DNA from: Candidatus Caccovivens sp.
GTDB taxonomy: Bacteria; Bacillota; Clostridia; Christensenellales; UBA1242
Direction of reading: 5' to 3'
Assembly: GCA_051888935.1 (NCBI GenBank)
Contig: JBJFCL010000007.1
Span: 9,124-73,123, forward strand
DNA length: 64,000 bases
Every line of letters starts with the position of its first letter. Position 1 is the stretch's first letter. Made by a program: the position numbers and the translations under genes. The notes below the pieces were generated by a model that was not told where the DNA came from, made no database searches, and worked only from the letters and a program-made list of their open reading frames with translations. This document shows positions 35,801 through 46,137 of this stretch, one piece after another.

Positions 35801-37756
35801 GAAATTATATCCCAGAATAGTGTCTAAACTATAATATAGCCACTTAGAAGGATTCGCTTTGTCCTTATTTCCAACTGCCTTAGGTGCGTTATTTAAAACA
35901 GCACAGCACCCACCTTTAACAACATCATTTCCTTCAATATAACCAGCCAGTTGTCCAACATATTCATCTCCCACAATATGTATTGAATAGTTGATACAAT
36001 TTGCAAGCACCAAATTTTTGTATGAGTTAAAAAGATCGTATCTTCCGAGTTCTCCAGCAATTCCGCCAACACATTTTGTTCCACTGACACTTCCATAGTT
36101 CATGTTTTCAACGACATTTCCATCATTCCAAATATGCCCAACAATTCCGCCAACATATTTAATTTCTTTGCTACCCGATGTTCTGCTAATATCCCCATAA
36201 TTGACACATGTCAAAATATAAGTCCCGTATGTGTCAGAAACTCCCAGTATCCCTCCAAATCCATTATCATTATTGTTAGAACTGCTTGCGGAAATGTTCA
36301 AATTCCCAAAATTGGACGAATTTGTTAAATGCAAATATGCTCCGCTATAACCAATCACACCTCCGGCTGAAAGTTTTTGCGAATTTCCAATTATATTGCC
36401 ATAATTGTGACAATCATCAACATTCAAAGATAAATTTTTACTTTTAGATTTACCGATGGTCTTATACGATGAACCTACAATTCCTCCACAAGTTATCATG
36501 GAACAATCAAATTTATATTTATCTAAATCTATTTCCCCGCTATTTGTAGAACGACTGATATCTACATTACCTTTGTCAGTTTTACTATAATCACTAAGAA
36601 CGCACACGCCTCCAACAACACCACCAATTGAAAGAGTGTCGTACCCGTCATATGAGTTGTTGTCCTCATTTCTTAACCAAATAACAGCAAAATTTGCACA
36701 ATCATAAATCCAACTTGAACCAAAAAGGCCAACAATTCCTCCTATCATATAATTGGCAGATGACAAATTGTTGAGTGCACCATAAGAATAGATATCAATT
36801 TCTCCGCTTCTATTTACACAATTTCTTAAACAAGTGTTTCCATGTGTTGAACCTACAATTCCACCAACATACAAATCTTTACTGAAAAATGGTTCTTTCC
36901 CTCTTCTAGAATAATATATTGAGAAGCCATCATTAAAAATATTTCTAATCGTCTGTGAATCGTCTGCTCTACCAATCACTCCTAAACTTGTTGTTTTGTC
37001 ATTGTATTGTTTCTTATCTCCAGCAGAATTATAAAAATAGATTCCACCTGTGATTGAAAAGTTTTGGATTGTTGCATCTTTCACATATCCAAAAAAACCA
37101 GTGGCAACTTCATTTTTATTTTTCGTATAATCATCGCTAATTCGATCAGGAATCAAATAATTCTCTTCTTTAAACGTTTTTGCACTTGTGTAATTGATAT
37201 AAACATTTGAAATTGTGTGACCTTGTCCGTCAAAAGTTCCCTGAAAAGGTCCACCATATTGATTGGCGCTTCCATAAACTCCACAACCAATTGGACTCCA
37301 TAAACATAATCCCATGTCGATATCACATTCAATTTTTATAGTGCAATTTCTCCAATCTTCCCATAATCTTGTACAAAGCAGAGCCCCTGCAAGAGCAAGA
37401 GACGCATTGGAAACTGATTCATATACTGTAAAGCCATTTATGATCACAGGAACGTGTGTATATTTTGTTGCGGTCTCTTCCGGAATGATTGCCGTAACAA
37501 CTTTGCCATATTCATTATATTCATTTTTTCCGCCGTATTTTATAAAATAATCGCGTGAATCATCATTGACAACATCAATCCAATTTGATGTGCTTGTTGC
37601 GGATTTGTTTGTCACATTGTCTTCGGTTGAACTTTTTTCATCGTCTTCAACTATTTCTGTTGAAGTTGGAAGATAATCAGCAACAATAAAGGCAGTGCCA
37701 CAAATCATTGCCAGTGACATAAAAAATGCCAAAATTCCACAAAGAATTTTTCTCAT
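32891..37756 (-). CDS. Giant GLUG-motif surface protein (about 1620 aa) with an N-terminal anchor/signal
   Basis: MRKILCGILAFFMSLAMICGTAFIVA. Many GG[IV][IV]G / AGLVG repeats. Two PFxGxFDGxGxTISN entry motifs (N-terminal PFQGTFDGQGHTISNV, C-terminal PFKGVYDGGNYTISNL). The Y/T/N-rich beta-type middle is unassigned. Start uncertain: ATG 37756 or TTG 37783, neither with an SD. Confidence 0.7.
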   Translation of the reverse strand: MRKILCGILAFFMSLAMICGTAFIVADYLPTSTEIVEDDEKSSTEDNVTNKSATSTSNWIDVVNDDSRDYFIKYGGKNEYNEYGKVVTAIIPEETATKYTHVPVIINGFTVYESVSNASLALAGALLCTRLWEDWRNCTIKIECDIDMGLCLWSPIGCGVYGSANQYGGPFQGTFDGQGHTISNVYINYTSAKTFKEENYLIPDRISDDYTKNKNEVATGFFGYVKDATIQNFSITGGIYFYNSAGDKKQYNDKTTSLGVIGRADDSQTIRNIFNDGFSIYYSRRGKEPFFSKDLYVGGIVGSTHGNTCLRNCVNRSGEIDIYSYGALNNLSSANYMIGGIVGLFGSSWIYDCANFAVIWLRNEDNNSYDGYDTLSIGGVVGGVCVLSDYSKTDKGNVDISRSTNSGEIDLDKYKFDCSMITCGGIVGSSYKTIGKSKSKNLSLNVDDCHNYGNIIGNSQKLSAGGVIGYSGAYLHLTNSSNFGNLNISASSSNNNDNGFGGILGVSDTYGTYILTCVNYGDISRTSGSKEIKYVGGIVGHIWNDGNVVENMNYGSVSGTKCVGGIAGELGRYDLFNSYKNLVLANCINYSIHIVGDEYVGQLAGYIEGNDVVKGGCCAVLNNAPKAVGNKDKANPSKWLYYSLDTILGYNFITSSSRVWYEGYMNDDYTNCLDYSFINSEYEHPSFAGYSYYKDWLCSTVAFSYFSENQWIGKGYKTAHYSWVPYNAVLSMRIGVDYRKNTTSNYEYYYDISDFGTFETYQVYEYSKNVYSSKVLNTDYIQVLNGADYTLATIRSSYVLQYNIKDNYFQTDGAYLQTTFADGSKFVNNVTLVSQTKTNFKTFSLYDYGTEIVLRPTLVFKFTGIKNPIGVSHFGGRNNEYDYSSDPSVICSNCSFYDTDGNITTKFAYQETVTISIKPNIGFYVTNISTKKGTQETSIFSSSNTYGTVTASFVFKLEDKIIVQYNKVSYTITFTDGENTLLQTEGEVNWPNREDATSISLNNSNVNDVNDNSFMEFGYKYSFKVNGKDNFKENIEPTGQNRSITISADEFIGTGTKQMSDITANTITIIVTRTAIEYKVYLKTYANAYNSDVYTESTNGGTAKLDSKKITLNPTPLTVEDTLELLRTAKTGYSIGKFTIKDTKSNEEVTENYNKEYSESMQSIVDKFVSQYYSNDPSKWTDHELTISAYFDLNKYNLSIGVRGSTVKPKITINDGTGVINDTIENREIKYFTPISIEVPETYHNRRFVGFYSVSTDGKNTYQLLSLNTTYNFLVNPNTNVNQNTDSLTSLSIVAKYQQYSTTSNIDDFTSYYSTTSSPDAKGVYKISTADDLVLLSQKVQAGNTFENVMFVQTENIDMSSITSFNPIGTSATPFKGVYDGGNYTISNLKFVGENELSNIGLFGCTNGATIKNLTIQNSDFTGYAYAGALVGKAINTTFERVNNYNSNLATGDLAFYDVYGEFVYGCEVDNKLTYPGKIYYYHKSSDSTPELVGVANVSNTFAARQYFAGLVGYAEDCSFYASSSKADVTGTGCNGVAGLVGGGSGCTIDQCFVIGTLNDITNTDTTNTDTTNVIANNATIKDCFYRESDSSTTTTILEKTKDSLWITVNGRDNLKVFYWS

Positions 37757-37864
37757 ATGTATAGTATAAACAAAATTCCACAAAAATCAAAATGATTTGA
37801 CAATTTTTGAGAAAAAATATTTTTATTATAAAATATTTTAATATTCGTAAAATATGTTGAAAAA

Positions 37865-37900
37865 AATTTAAAAAAAGACTCGAATAAAACGAGTCTTTTT
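37865..37900 (-). terminator. Rho-independent terminator after parC
   Basis: GACTCG (37877-37882) / CGAGTC (37890-37895) with A/T runs on both sides. Confidence 0.7.
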
Positions 37901-37901
37901 G

Positions 37902-40613
37902 TTAATCAACAAAGTTGTAAATTCCCAAGAATTTCTTCTTAATTTCTTCACTGCCAGTTGCAAGTCTGTCAGATGAAATTTTGTATTTTGAAGTTTCCAA
38001 AAGGGCAAATTTAAGTCCATGGTCAGCCACCACTTTTTCACCCGTTCCAACAAATGAAACCATCTTTCCAGTGCCTGCAAAATTGATGTATTTGACACCT
38101 TTTCGATATCTTGCAGAGATTGGAATTTGCATTGCACTTAATCGTTTTAAATAACCATTGTTGGTTATGATTAAATAACTGTCATTTACATTTTGACCAG
38201 CAAATACAACGCTGTCTTTCCCTTCCAAATTAATTCCTTTGACACCACCAGAAACGCGACCTTGAATTGGCACTTCACTCTTTTCAAAGTTGACGCAATT
38301 TCCGAGTTTTGACATCATAACAAATGTCTTGCCTTTAATTTCATGTTCAACATTGATTACTCTGTCATCATCTGCAAGTTTGAGCACTTGATAATATGTT
38401 TTTGAGGTCAACAAATCTTTCTCTGCGCTTCGCTTTACCATGCCGTTTTGAGTGAACAAGACCACTTCACCCTCTCCCTCAACTTTCAAAACCGCAACAG
38501 GCGTTTCCATGATGTCAATGGTCTTGTCAATTTGTTTGAGCGGAATTCCTTTTTCACGCCATTTACTCTCAGGCAGTTTGTCTACAACAATTTTTACACA
38601 ATTTCCTTTGTCTGTAAAAATGAGCACAGTGTCAGTTGCTTTGACTGGCAAAAGCGAGGTATGAATATCAAACAAAGTCGAAGTGTCGGAAATGGTCTTT
38701 TGAGATTTTGAATAGTTTTTCACACTGACTTTCTTCAAAGTTCTTCCAGCAGAAAGAGCAATGATATAGTCCTTTGTATCTTCCATCTCTTCAATTTTCG
38801 TCAAAACAATTTCTTCGCTCTTGCATTCCTTCGAGCGTCTTGGAGTGTTAAATCGTTTCTTAATCTCCAAAATCTCGCGTTTAACCACTTCAAGTTGAAG
38901 TTTTTTCGAGCCCAAAATTTCTTCCAACTCTTTAATCTTTGCTTTCAAACCTTTCAATTCTTCTTCAAGTTTGTTTACTTCCAAATTTACAAGACGAGCA
39001 AGTCTCATGTCGAGTATTGCCTGAGCCTGTTTGTCAGACAATTTAAACTTTTCACGAAGTCTTTGTTTCGCCTCAGACACATTTGCCGAAGTCTTAATAA
39101 TTTTGATAACTGCATCAATATTTTTGATGGCAATCAAAAGTCCTTCGACAATGTGTGCTCTGTCTTTTGCAACATTCAAATCAAATTTTGTGCGTCTAAC
39201 AACAACATCGCGTTGGAAAGCAGTGTAATATGAAATAATTTCCATCAAATTTAAAAGTTTTGGTTTTCCGCCAGCAATAGCAACCATGTTAATAGCGTAA
39301 GAAACTTGCAAATTGGTGGATTGATAAAGATAACCCAAAATTTTCTTGGCATTTGCCTCTTTTTTAAGACGAATGACTGCACGCATTCCATTTCGGTCAC
39401 TCTCATCACGAATTTCACTAATAACCGACAACTTATCTTTGTTTTTCTCTTTGAGTTCGGCAATTTTTTGCAAAAGTAGTGCTTTATTGACTTGATATGG
39501 AAGTTCAGTAATAACCAAACTTTGTTTGTCGCCATTTTGTTCGATACCAACTTTCGCTCGAAGAATAATCTTTCCTTTTCCCGTTTCGTAAGCACTCTTT
39601 ATTCCGTCTCCGAGAATAAGTTCGCCACCTGTTGGAAAGTCTGGCCCTTTAATGATTTTCATCATTTTGTCAAGCGTAATGTTTGGGTTGTCAATATATG
39701 CCACAACCCCATCAATAACCTCTCCCAAATTGTGAGGAGGAATGTTTGTTGCGACGCCGACAGCAATGCCAGATGCACCATTTACCAACAAGTTTGGAAA
39801 ACGCCCAGGCAAAACATCAGGTTCTTTAAGAGTATCGTCAAAGTTTAGACCCCAACGCACAGTATCTTTTTCAAGGTCACGCAAAAGTTCCATTGCAAGA
39901 GGTGTCATTCTCGCCTCAGTGTAACGCATGGCAGCTGCACTATCGCCGTCAATTGAACCAAAGTTTCCATGCCCGTCCACAAGCGGAGCACGAAGAACAA
40001 AGTCTTGACTCATACGAACCATCGCATCATAAACTGAACTGTCACCATGAGGGTGATATTTACCCATACAATCGCCGACAATTCTTGCCGATTTTCTGTA
40101 TGGCTTATCAGGAGTGAGTCCAAGTTCCAACATGGAATATAAAATTCTTCTTTGAACAGGTTTAAGTCCGTCCTCAACTCTTGGCAGTGCTCTGTCCATA
40201 ACTACATGTTCGGTATATGGAATCATAGAGTCATGCAAAACTTCCTCCAAAGGCTTGAAAAGCACACCGCTTCCACCATAAACACCACCGCCTCCGTTGG
40301 AATTTCCACCATCTCCTGAATTTTCAGTTTCGCCATCATTTTCGTCAGCAGTTTCTTCAATTTTATCAACTTCACTTTGACTTTTAGTTGAATTTTCAAC
40401 AAGTTTTGTTTTTCGGTTTGTTTCTTCTTTCACAGTATTCGCCTTTTCATTTCCTGCCATACTCCAAAAGTCCAACTGTCCTTCAACCGCAACAGTAGAC
40501 TCCTGCTCTTTTGGCTCCTCTTTTTGAGGAATAAGCAGTTCGTCATAACACATTTGCCCGTCAATAGGTTCAATCACATTTGGCTTAAATTCATCATTTT
40601 TTTTATGGTCCAC
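37902..40613 (-). CDS. parC: Type IIA topoisomerase subunit A, ParC-like (topoisomerase IV), with a ~118-aa N-terminal extension
   Basis: [19 protein letters not shown] and AAMRYTE (active-site Tyr). I did not find a GyrA-box (QRRGGKG) in the C-terminal domain. GTG start at 40611-40613 follows AGGAGAG. Confidence 0.8.
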   Translation of the reverse strand: MDHKKNDEFKPNVIEPIDGQMCYDELLIPQKEEPKEQESTVAVEGQLDFWSMAGNEKANTVKEETNRKTKLVENSTKSQSEVDKIEETADENDGETENSGDGGNSNGGGGVYGGSGVLFKPLEEVLHDSMIPYTEHVVMDRALPRVEDGLKPVQRRILYSMLELGLTPDKPYRKSARIVGDCMGKYHPHGDSSVYDAMVRMSQDFVLRAPLVDGHGNFGSIDGDSAAAMRYTEARMTPLAMELLRDLEKDTVRWGLNFDDTLKEPDVLPGRFPNLLVNGASGIAVGVATNIPPHNLGEVIDGVVAYIDNPNITLDKMMKIIKGPDFPTGGELILGDGIKSAYETGKGKIILRAKVGIEQNGDKQSLVITELPYQVNKALLLQKIAELKEKNKDKLSVISEIRDESDRNGMRAVIRLKKEANAKKILGYLYQSTNLQVSYAINMVAIAGGKPKLLNLMEIISYYTAFQRDVVVRRTKFDLNVAKDRAHIVEGLLIAIKNIDAVIKIIKTSANVSEAKQRLREKFKLSDKQAQAILDMRLARLVNLEVNKLEEELKGLKAKIKELEEILGSKKLQLEVVKREILEIKKRFNTPRRSKECKSEEIVLTKIEEMEDTKDYIIALSAGRTLKKVSVKNYSKSQKTISDTSTLFDIHTSLLPVKATDTVLIFTDKGNCVKIVVDKLPESKWREKGIPLKQIDKTIDIMETPVAVLKVEGEGEVVLFTQNGMVKRSAEKDLLTSKTYYQVLKLADDDRVINVEHEIKGKTFVMMSKLGNCVNFEKSEVPIQGRVSGGVKGINLEGKDSVVFAGQNVNDSYLIITNNGYLKRLSAMQIPISARYRKGVKYINFAGTGKMVSFVGTGEKVVADHGLKFALLETSKYKISSDRLATGSEEIKKKFLGIYNFVD

Positions 40614-40666
40614 TTTTACTCTCCTAAGTATTATTGTTTTTGAAAAAGTCTCAAATCCAACAATTT

Positions 40667-42622
40667 TTAATCAATATTTTTGTAGTCTCTCATAAATGTA
40701 TCTTCGCGGTCAAAATTTGCATGTTCTCCAATGTACGCCTTACGCTTATCAATATCATCTCCCATCCAAGTGGTAATCATGAGTTCTGCTTGCGCAGCAT
40801 CTTCAATTGTAACTTGAACCAAAGTTCTGTTTTCTGGATCCATGGTTGTTTCCCAAAGTTGTTCAGGATTCATCTCACCAAGTCCTTTGTAGCGTTGTAT
40901 CATATAACCCTTTCCAGCACTCTTGACTGCATCTGCAAGTTCAGCATCAGAATAGACATATTTTTCGTAGTCTTTTTTATACACTTTGTAAAGTGGAGGA
41001 AGTCCAATAAACACATGACCATCTGTTATCAGTGGTCTCATATATCGATAGAAAAATGTAAGCAAAATTGCTCTTATATGCGCACCATCTTGGTCAGCAT
41101 CGGAAAGGATTATGACTTTGTTATAGCGAAGCGTCGTAAGGTCGAAATCTTCGCCAAAACCAGTGTCAAGTGCAGAGATAATTGTTCTTATTTCTTCATT
41201 TGCCAAAACCTGGTCAATTCTCTTTTTTTCAGCATTGAGAGGTTTTCCTCGTAATGGCAAAATTGCTTGGAATCGTCTATCACGCCCTTGCTTTGCCGAA
41301 CCACCAGCGGAATCACCTTCCACAATAAAGAGTTCACTCTTGGTTCGGTCACGCGAAGTGGAAGAGGCAAGTTTTCCAACCAAGTTAAAATTTTCTGCAT
41401 TGTTTTTCGCACGCGTAAGTTCTTTCGCTTTCTTAGCAGCCAAACGAACCTTTGCCGCTTGTTTTGCTTTGTTGACAATGACTTCTACCATAGTTGCAAA
41501 TTTCTTGTCTGCAAGAATTTTTCCCAGTTCTTGAATGGAAAGAGCTTCCACTTCCGTTCTAGCCTCTGGATTGCCAAGTTTGGTCTTGGTCTGTCCTTCA
41601 AATTGAACATTGTTCATTTTGACATTGATAACAGTCACAAGTCCTTCTCTAAAATCTTCACCCAAAAGATTTTGCTCTTTTTCTTTGAGCATATTGTTTG
41701 CACGAGCATAGTCATTAAAAACTTTCGTAAAAGCACTTTTAAATCCTATTTCATGCATTCCACCTTCTGTTGTTGGAATGTTGTTGACATATGAGAAAGT
41801 ATTTTCTGTGTAAGAGTCAGTAGAAATGAAACTCACTTCCAAATCCACAATTTTGCTTTGTGCAGAAAAATATATTGGCGTTTTAAAGAGTGGATTTTTT
41901 CCCTCAACAAGATAAGATACAAAATCTTTGATTCCGCCTTCATAATGAAATTGTCCAATTTCGTTGGTGATTTTGTTCTCAACGATGATTTTCAATCCTT
42001 TGTTCAAGAATGCCAACTCTCTTGCGCGTCTCAAAATGGTCTCAAAACTAAATTCTTGTTTTCCAAAAACTCTATCATCAGGCAAGAAACTCACAATTGT
42101 TCCTGTGGTGTTACTCTTCCCCACTTCTTTAAGAGGAGCGACTGGAACACCGCTATGAATTTTGCCCTTTTCGTCAGCATAAGAGTGAAATTCAACAAAA
42201 TATTGCTTTCCGCCCTTGTTTACAGTGACTTTACACCAGCGAGAAAGTGCATTTGTAACAGATGCTCCCACACCATGCAAACCGCCAGAAAATTTGTAAT
42301 TTTCATTGTTAAACTTTCCGCCTGCGTGAAGTGTTGTATAAACAACTTCCACACCGCTTTTATGTAAAGTTGGATGCATATCAACAGGGATTCCACGACC
42401 ATTATCTTCAACAGTTGCACTGCCATCGGTGTTTAATGTAATTTTGATAGTATCACCAAAGCCGTTTGAGATTTCATCAATAGCGTTGTCCACAATTTCC
42501 CAAAGAATATGATGAAATCCGCGTGAAGAAGTTGTTCCAATATACATACCTGGACGAAGTCTAACCGCATCAAGTCCATCAAGCACGACAATATCCTTAG
42601 ATTCGTATTTCTTTTCTGCCAT
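40667..42622 (-). CDS. parE: Type IIA topoisomerase subunit B, ParE-like
   Basis: [14 protein letters not shown] and GLHGVGASV, Toprim [20 protein letters not shown]. Start set at ATG 42622, which follows GGAG. Confidence 0.8.
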   Translation of the reverse strand: MAEKKYESKDIVVLDGLDAVRLRPGMYIGTTSSRGFHHILWEIVDNAIDEISNGFGDTIKITLNTDGSATVEDNGRGIPVDMHPTLHKSGVEVVYTTLHAGGKFNNENYKFSGGLHGVGASVTNALSRWCKVTVNKGGKQYFVEFHSYADEKGKIHSGVPVAPLKEVGKSNTTGTIVSFLPDDRVFGKQEFSFETILRRARELAFLNKGLKIIVENKITNEIGQFHYEGGIKDFVSYLVEGKNPLFKTPIYFSAQSKIVDLEVSFISTDSYTENTFSYVNNIPTTEGGMHEIGFKSAFTKVFNDYARANNMLKEKEQNLLGEDFREGLVTVINVKMNNVQFEGQTKTKLGNPEARTEVEALSIQELGKILADKKFATMVEVIVNKAKQAAKVRLAAKKAKELTRAKNNAENFNLVGKLASSTSRDRTKSELFIVEGDSAGGSAKQGRDRRFQAILPLRGKPLNAEKKRIDQVLANEEIRTIISALDTGFGEDFDLTTLRYNKVIILSDADQDGAHIRAILLTFFYRYMRPLITDGHVFIGLPPLYKVYKKDYEKYVYSDAELADAVKSAGKGYMIQRYKGLGEMNPEQLWETTMDPENRTLVQVTIEDAAQAELMITTWMGDDIDKRKAYIGEHANFDREDTFMRDYKNID

Positions 42623-42794
42623 AAAACGCTCCAAAATATTATTTTTCGTTGTTATTTTACCACAAAAAGCAAAATTATTAAAACAAAAACGCATATTTTA
42701 CAATAATTTTTATTTATAAAAACAATAGCACTATTGACAGCAAATCAACACTGTGGTAAACTAATAACAAGTTAAAAAATTTAGAGAGGAATTT

Positions 42795-43406
42795 ATGCAA
42801 TCGAATGAAAAAAGAATCATAATATTGAAAAACTTGATTAATAGAAATTTAAAAAATCAAAGAATTCTCAAAACAAAACTAGTCGGTATAAGATTATTGG
42901 GGTCGATTAGCACATTGATTTTGTATGTTTCAGGTTTAAATCTTTGTTGCAAAGCAACCGCCTCACAAAATCAAACAATATCAGAGTATAAAAAAACAGA
43001 AGAATTTCAGGCTGAATATAACAAACAAAACGAAAACATAAAAGAACAAATCCTAAACAATGAGTTAACTTATGAAGAAGCATCAAAGCAAATGAAATAT
43101 ATCAATTCAAATGCATTCGTAATCAATGAAATAAATGCAAAATCAACATATTACTCAGCAAAACTAAAAACAGCAAAGACAGACCAAATTGTATCTTTGA
43201 GTTTGAGTTCGGCATCTCTGGCTTTATTGGGCAGCATTTATTTAGGAACAACAATTTACGGACACAAACAAAAGGAAAAATATTCACAAGAAAAAAACGA
43301 TTTAGTAAGCAGATTGATCAGTGTAAAACGAAATTCTGCAAACTCTGTGGGCTCTGCAAAAGAAGCATCAAGTAATTCTGTCAAAGACACTTCACGCTCA
43401 CTCTAA
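42795..43406 (+). CDS. Hypothetical two-TM membrane protein
   Basis: 203 aa. SD GAGAGGA. Two hydrophobic segments flank a helical loop. Confidence 0.5.
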   Translation: MQSNEKRIIILKNLINRNLKNQRILKTKLVGIRLLGSISTLILYVSGLNLCCKATASQNQTISEYKKTEEFQAEYNKQNENIKEQILNNELTYEEASKQMKYINSNAFVINEINAKSTYYSAKLKTAKTDQIVSLSLSSASLALLGSIYLGTTIYGHKQKEKYSQEKNDLVSRLISVKRNSANSVGSAKEASSNSVKDTSRSL

Positions 43407-43423
43407 ATTAAAAACAGAATTTT

Positions 43424-43449
43424 GCATACTTAGACAAGTATGCTTTTTT
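43424..43449 (+). terminator. Rho-independent terminator
   Basis: GCATACTT / AAGTATGC stem with loop AGAC, then TTTTTT. Confidence 0.8.
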
Positions 43450-43569
43450 ATTGCATTTTGTGTATATTTATGCATTTATTTGCATAAATATTGTATTTTT
43501 GTTTTTAATGCTTGCATATTATTTTTTCCAATTCCAAAGAATATAATATAAAAACAAAATAGGAGTATT

Positions 43570-44592
43570 ATGAAAAAAATTGTATTAACTGGTGGCGGAA
43601 CAGCGGGACATATTTATCCTGCCCTTGCAATAGCAGAAAAATTAAAAGGTTTTGAGATTCATTATTTTGGAAGCAACGGAATGGAAAAAGAAATAGTTTC
43701 AAAACACAAAAACATCATTTTTCACGAAATTCCTGCTGTCAAACTTGAAAGGAAATTCACTTTCAAAAATTTTCTTATTCCTTTCAAATTGCATAACGCT
43801 GTAAAAATCTGCAAAGAGGAACTAAGCTCGCTCAACCCCTCCGTCATTTTTTCAAAAGGTGGTTTTGTGGCAGTTCCTGTTGCAATGGCTGGAAAGAAAT
43901 TGCATATTCCGATCATAAGTCACGAAAGTGACCTATCCTTTGGACTCGCAAATAAGATTATCCTGCATTATTGCACCACGATGTGCACCACTTTTGAAAA
44001 GACAGTAAAAAACAATAAAAAATGTGTCCACACAGGTCAGCCAATAAGACAGAAAATTTTTGAAGGACAAAATTTACGACTATTTAAAAACAACAATCCA
44101 ACCTTGCTTGTTTTGGGTGGAAGTTTGGGTGCAAAATTTTTAAATGATATTATTTTTGAAAATTTAGAAAAATTAACAAAAAAATACAACATAATTCACA
44201 TTTGTGGTAAAAAAAATTATCAAAATATTATTCATGAAAATTATTTAATTTTGCCTTATGCGGAAAATATTGAAGATTATTACGCTTCCGCAGATTTTGT
44301 TTTGGCTCGTGCTGGAAGTGGAGTTATAAATGAACTTTTGTGTCTTGAAAAACCGATGCTTTTAATTCCTCTTTCAAAGAAATGCTCGCGCGGAGACCAA
44401 ATAGAAAACGCCAAACTTTTTACCGAGCTTGGTTACAGTGAAATGCTTGAAGAAGAGAATTATTCCTTTGAAAAATTAATAGAAAAACTTGAAAAATTGC
44501 AAAAAAATAGCGAAAAAATTAAAAATAATATGAAAAAAACTGCAAAAAACAATGCAGTTGAACATATTATAAATATTTTAAATAAATTTTAA
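43570..44592 (+). CDS. murG: UDP-GlcNAc:lipid I N-acetylglucosaminyltransferase MurG
   Basis: LTGGGTAGHIYPALAIAE, SRAGSGVINE-type C-domain, 340 aa. Confidence 0.85.
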   Translation: MKKIVLTGGGTAGHIYPALAIAEKLKGFEIHYFGSNGMEKEIVSKHKNIIFHEIPAVKLERKFTFKNFLIPFKLHNAVKICKEELSSLNPSVIFSKGGFVAVPVAMAGKKLHIPIISHESDLSFGLANKIILHYCTTMCTTFEKTVKNNKKCVHTGQPIRQKIFEGQNLRLFKNNNPTLLVLGGSLGAKFLNDIIFENLEKLTKKYNIIHICGKKNYQNIIHENYLILPYAENIEDYYASADFVLARAGSGVINELLCLEKPMLLIPLSKKCSRGDQIENAKLFTELGYSEMLEEENYSFEKLIEKLEKLQKNSEKIKNNMKKTAKNNAVEHIINILNKF

Positions 44593-44670
44593 TTTTTTAT
44601 TAATTAATTGATTTTTAATTTTAATTTTTAATAATATTTTTATTATTTTAATTAGAATTTTATTTATTTT

Positions 44671-45804
44671 CTACGACAATTCAGGAAGACCATAACCTTC
44701 CAAATATTTATCAAAACCAAGCGGATGGCACGCCCTTAAAATGATTCTTTTGACTTGGTCTGGTGTGGCATCTTTTTTGCTTTCCAAAACAAGACTTGCC
44801 AGGCCTGCAATCATTGGAGTTGCCACAGAAGTTCCACTCAAAAGTCGATAATTTTGTTTCGTTCCACAGGAAATAATATCCACACTCGGAGCAACAACAT
44901 CTGGTTTTATCCCACGAAAAGCCGGACCTCGTGAAGAAAAATCAGCAATTTCAAAATATTTTCGATTAAATGTATTTTCGTCATATCGATTGTCATCTAT
45001 CCCGCCAACTGTAATTATCTTTGAACTTATTCCAGGTGATTTAATTGTTTGATAGTCTGGCCCGCTGTTGCCAGCAGCAGCCACCACCACAACTCCATCT
45101 TTCCAAAGTGCTTCCGCCCCCAGCATAATAGGGTCGTTTACTCCCAATGGTTCACTTCCAAAACTCATGCAAACAACATTCACCCCTTGTTTTTGATGGT
45201 TATCATAAATCCATTCCATAGCGTTTAAAATTTTGTTTGCACTAGCCTCGCCATCAGCATTGAGTGCTTTAAGAGAAAAAATATCTGTCTGAGGAGCAAT
45301 CCCAGAAAATTTAAATTTTGACAGTGTTCCATTTCCTGAGCAAACTCCACATACAAAAGTTCCGTGACCATTATCATCATAAAAATTCTTTTTGTTTCCA
45401 ATAAAATCTTTAAAAAATTTCAGTCTTGGAGTCCCAATCAAAAAGTCAGCATGATACGCCACACCCGTATCAATAAAAGCCACCCCCACACCCTTACCTG
45501 TAAGTGACACCTTGTCAGATTTTAGAATCTTTTTTGAAACATACATCATTGAGTTTACAGTTGACAGCGAAGAAATATAATCCACTGTGCTGGCATTTGA
45601 GAGAGAACAAATTTCGTTCCTTGAAGCCTTACAATAGAGACAATTTATGAATAAATATTCATCTATAATATGTATATTTTTTTCGCATAGCATTGCCTTT
45701 GTCCTTTTTATATCTCTTCCAAAGACAAAGCAAGGCAACTTTTTCTGTAAATTTAAAACAGCGATTTCGTTTAACAATCTTTTATCGATTTTGTTGGTGT
45801 TCAT
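44671..45804 (-). CDS. S8 subtilisin-family serine protease with an I9-like propeptide and no signal peptide
   Basis: Triad contexts AFIDTGV, HGTFVCG, SGTSVATP. The N-terminal ~100 aa resemble an inhibitor_I9 propeptide (...STVDYISS). The N-terminus is hydrophilic. Confidence 0.8.
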   Translation of the reverse strand: MNTNKIDKRLLNEIAVLNLQKKLPCFVFGRDIKRTKAMLCEKNIHIIDEYLFINCLYCKASRNEICSLSNASTVDYISSLSTVNSMMYVSKKILKSDKVSLTGKGVGVAFIDTGVAYHADFLIGTPRLKFFKDFIGNKKNFYDDNGHGTFVCGVCSGNGTLSKFKFSGIAPQTDIFSLKALNADGEASANKILNAMEWIYDNHQKQGVNVVCMSFGSEPLGVNDPIMLGAEALWKDGVVVVAAAGNSGPDYQTIKSPGISSKIITVGGIDDNRYDENTFNRKYFEIADFSSRGPAFRGIKPDVVAPSVDIISCGTKQNYRLLSGTSVATPMIAGLASLVLESKKDATPDQVKRIILRACHPLGFDKYLEGYGLPELS

Positions 45805-46058
45805 TTTAGACTTTCAATAATCCTTATCATATTTTCATAAGTTTGCTTTGGCAAGTAGCCTTTAATTTTTTCTATTGAAGCAAGGATACCCTCATAATCA
45901 AAAGTTCCCCTATCCTTTTGTCCTTGAATTTCCTTTGCCAGCATCGACATCAATTCATTTGATGAACAATCTTTGAGTTTTTCATAACTTTCTTGTATCG
46001 TCTTTTGTTGAGTAGAAGAAATCTTTGGTTCCTCTTTTTTCATTTCACTCAATTTCAT
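45801..46058 (-). CDS. Hypothetical 85-aa protein, translationally coupled to the S8 protease
   Basis: 4-nt overlap with the protease start. Helical, charged. Confidence 0.5.
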   Translation of the reverse strand: MKLSEMKKEEPKISSTQQKTIQESYEKLKDCSSNELMSMLAKEIQGQKDRGTFDYEGILASIEKIKGYLPKQTYENMIRIIESLK

Positions 46059-46137
46059 AACAAACTCCTAAAAACAATATATGTCAAAGGCATCAAAATC
46101 TTCACTAAAATAAAATTGTGTTGCATATAAATATGAT

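Noticed and set aside
40634-41254. 206-aa plus-strand ORF inside parE (also 41267-41794 and 41858-42367)
   Set aside because: These are antisense to a confidently identified type IIA topoisomerase B subunit. Composition is low-complexity F/C/S-rich.
37902-42622. Calling the topoisomerase pair gyrB-gyrA
   Set aside because: I could not find a GyrA-box in the subunit-A C-terminal domain, and there is no dnaA/dnaN/recF context. ParE-ParC is therefore preferred. Phylogenetic placement is still needed.
44570-44670. Nearly pure A/T tract with TTTTAATTTT-like repeats between convergent murG and the S8 protease gene
   Set aside because: There is no stable hairpin, no ORF and no recognisable RNA motif. 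It is most simply an AT-rich convergent intergenic spacer, and I could not support a terminator call.
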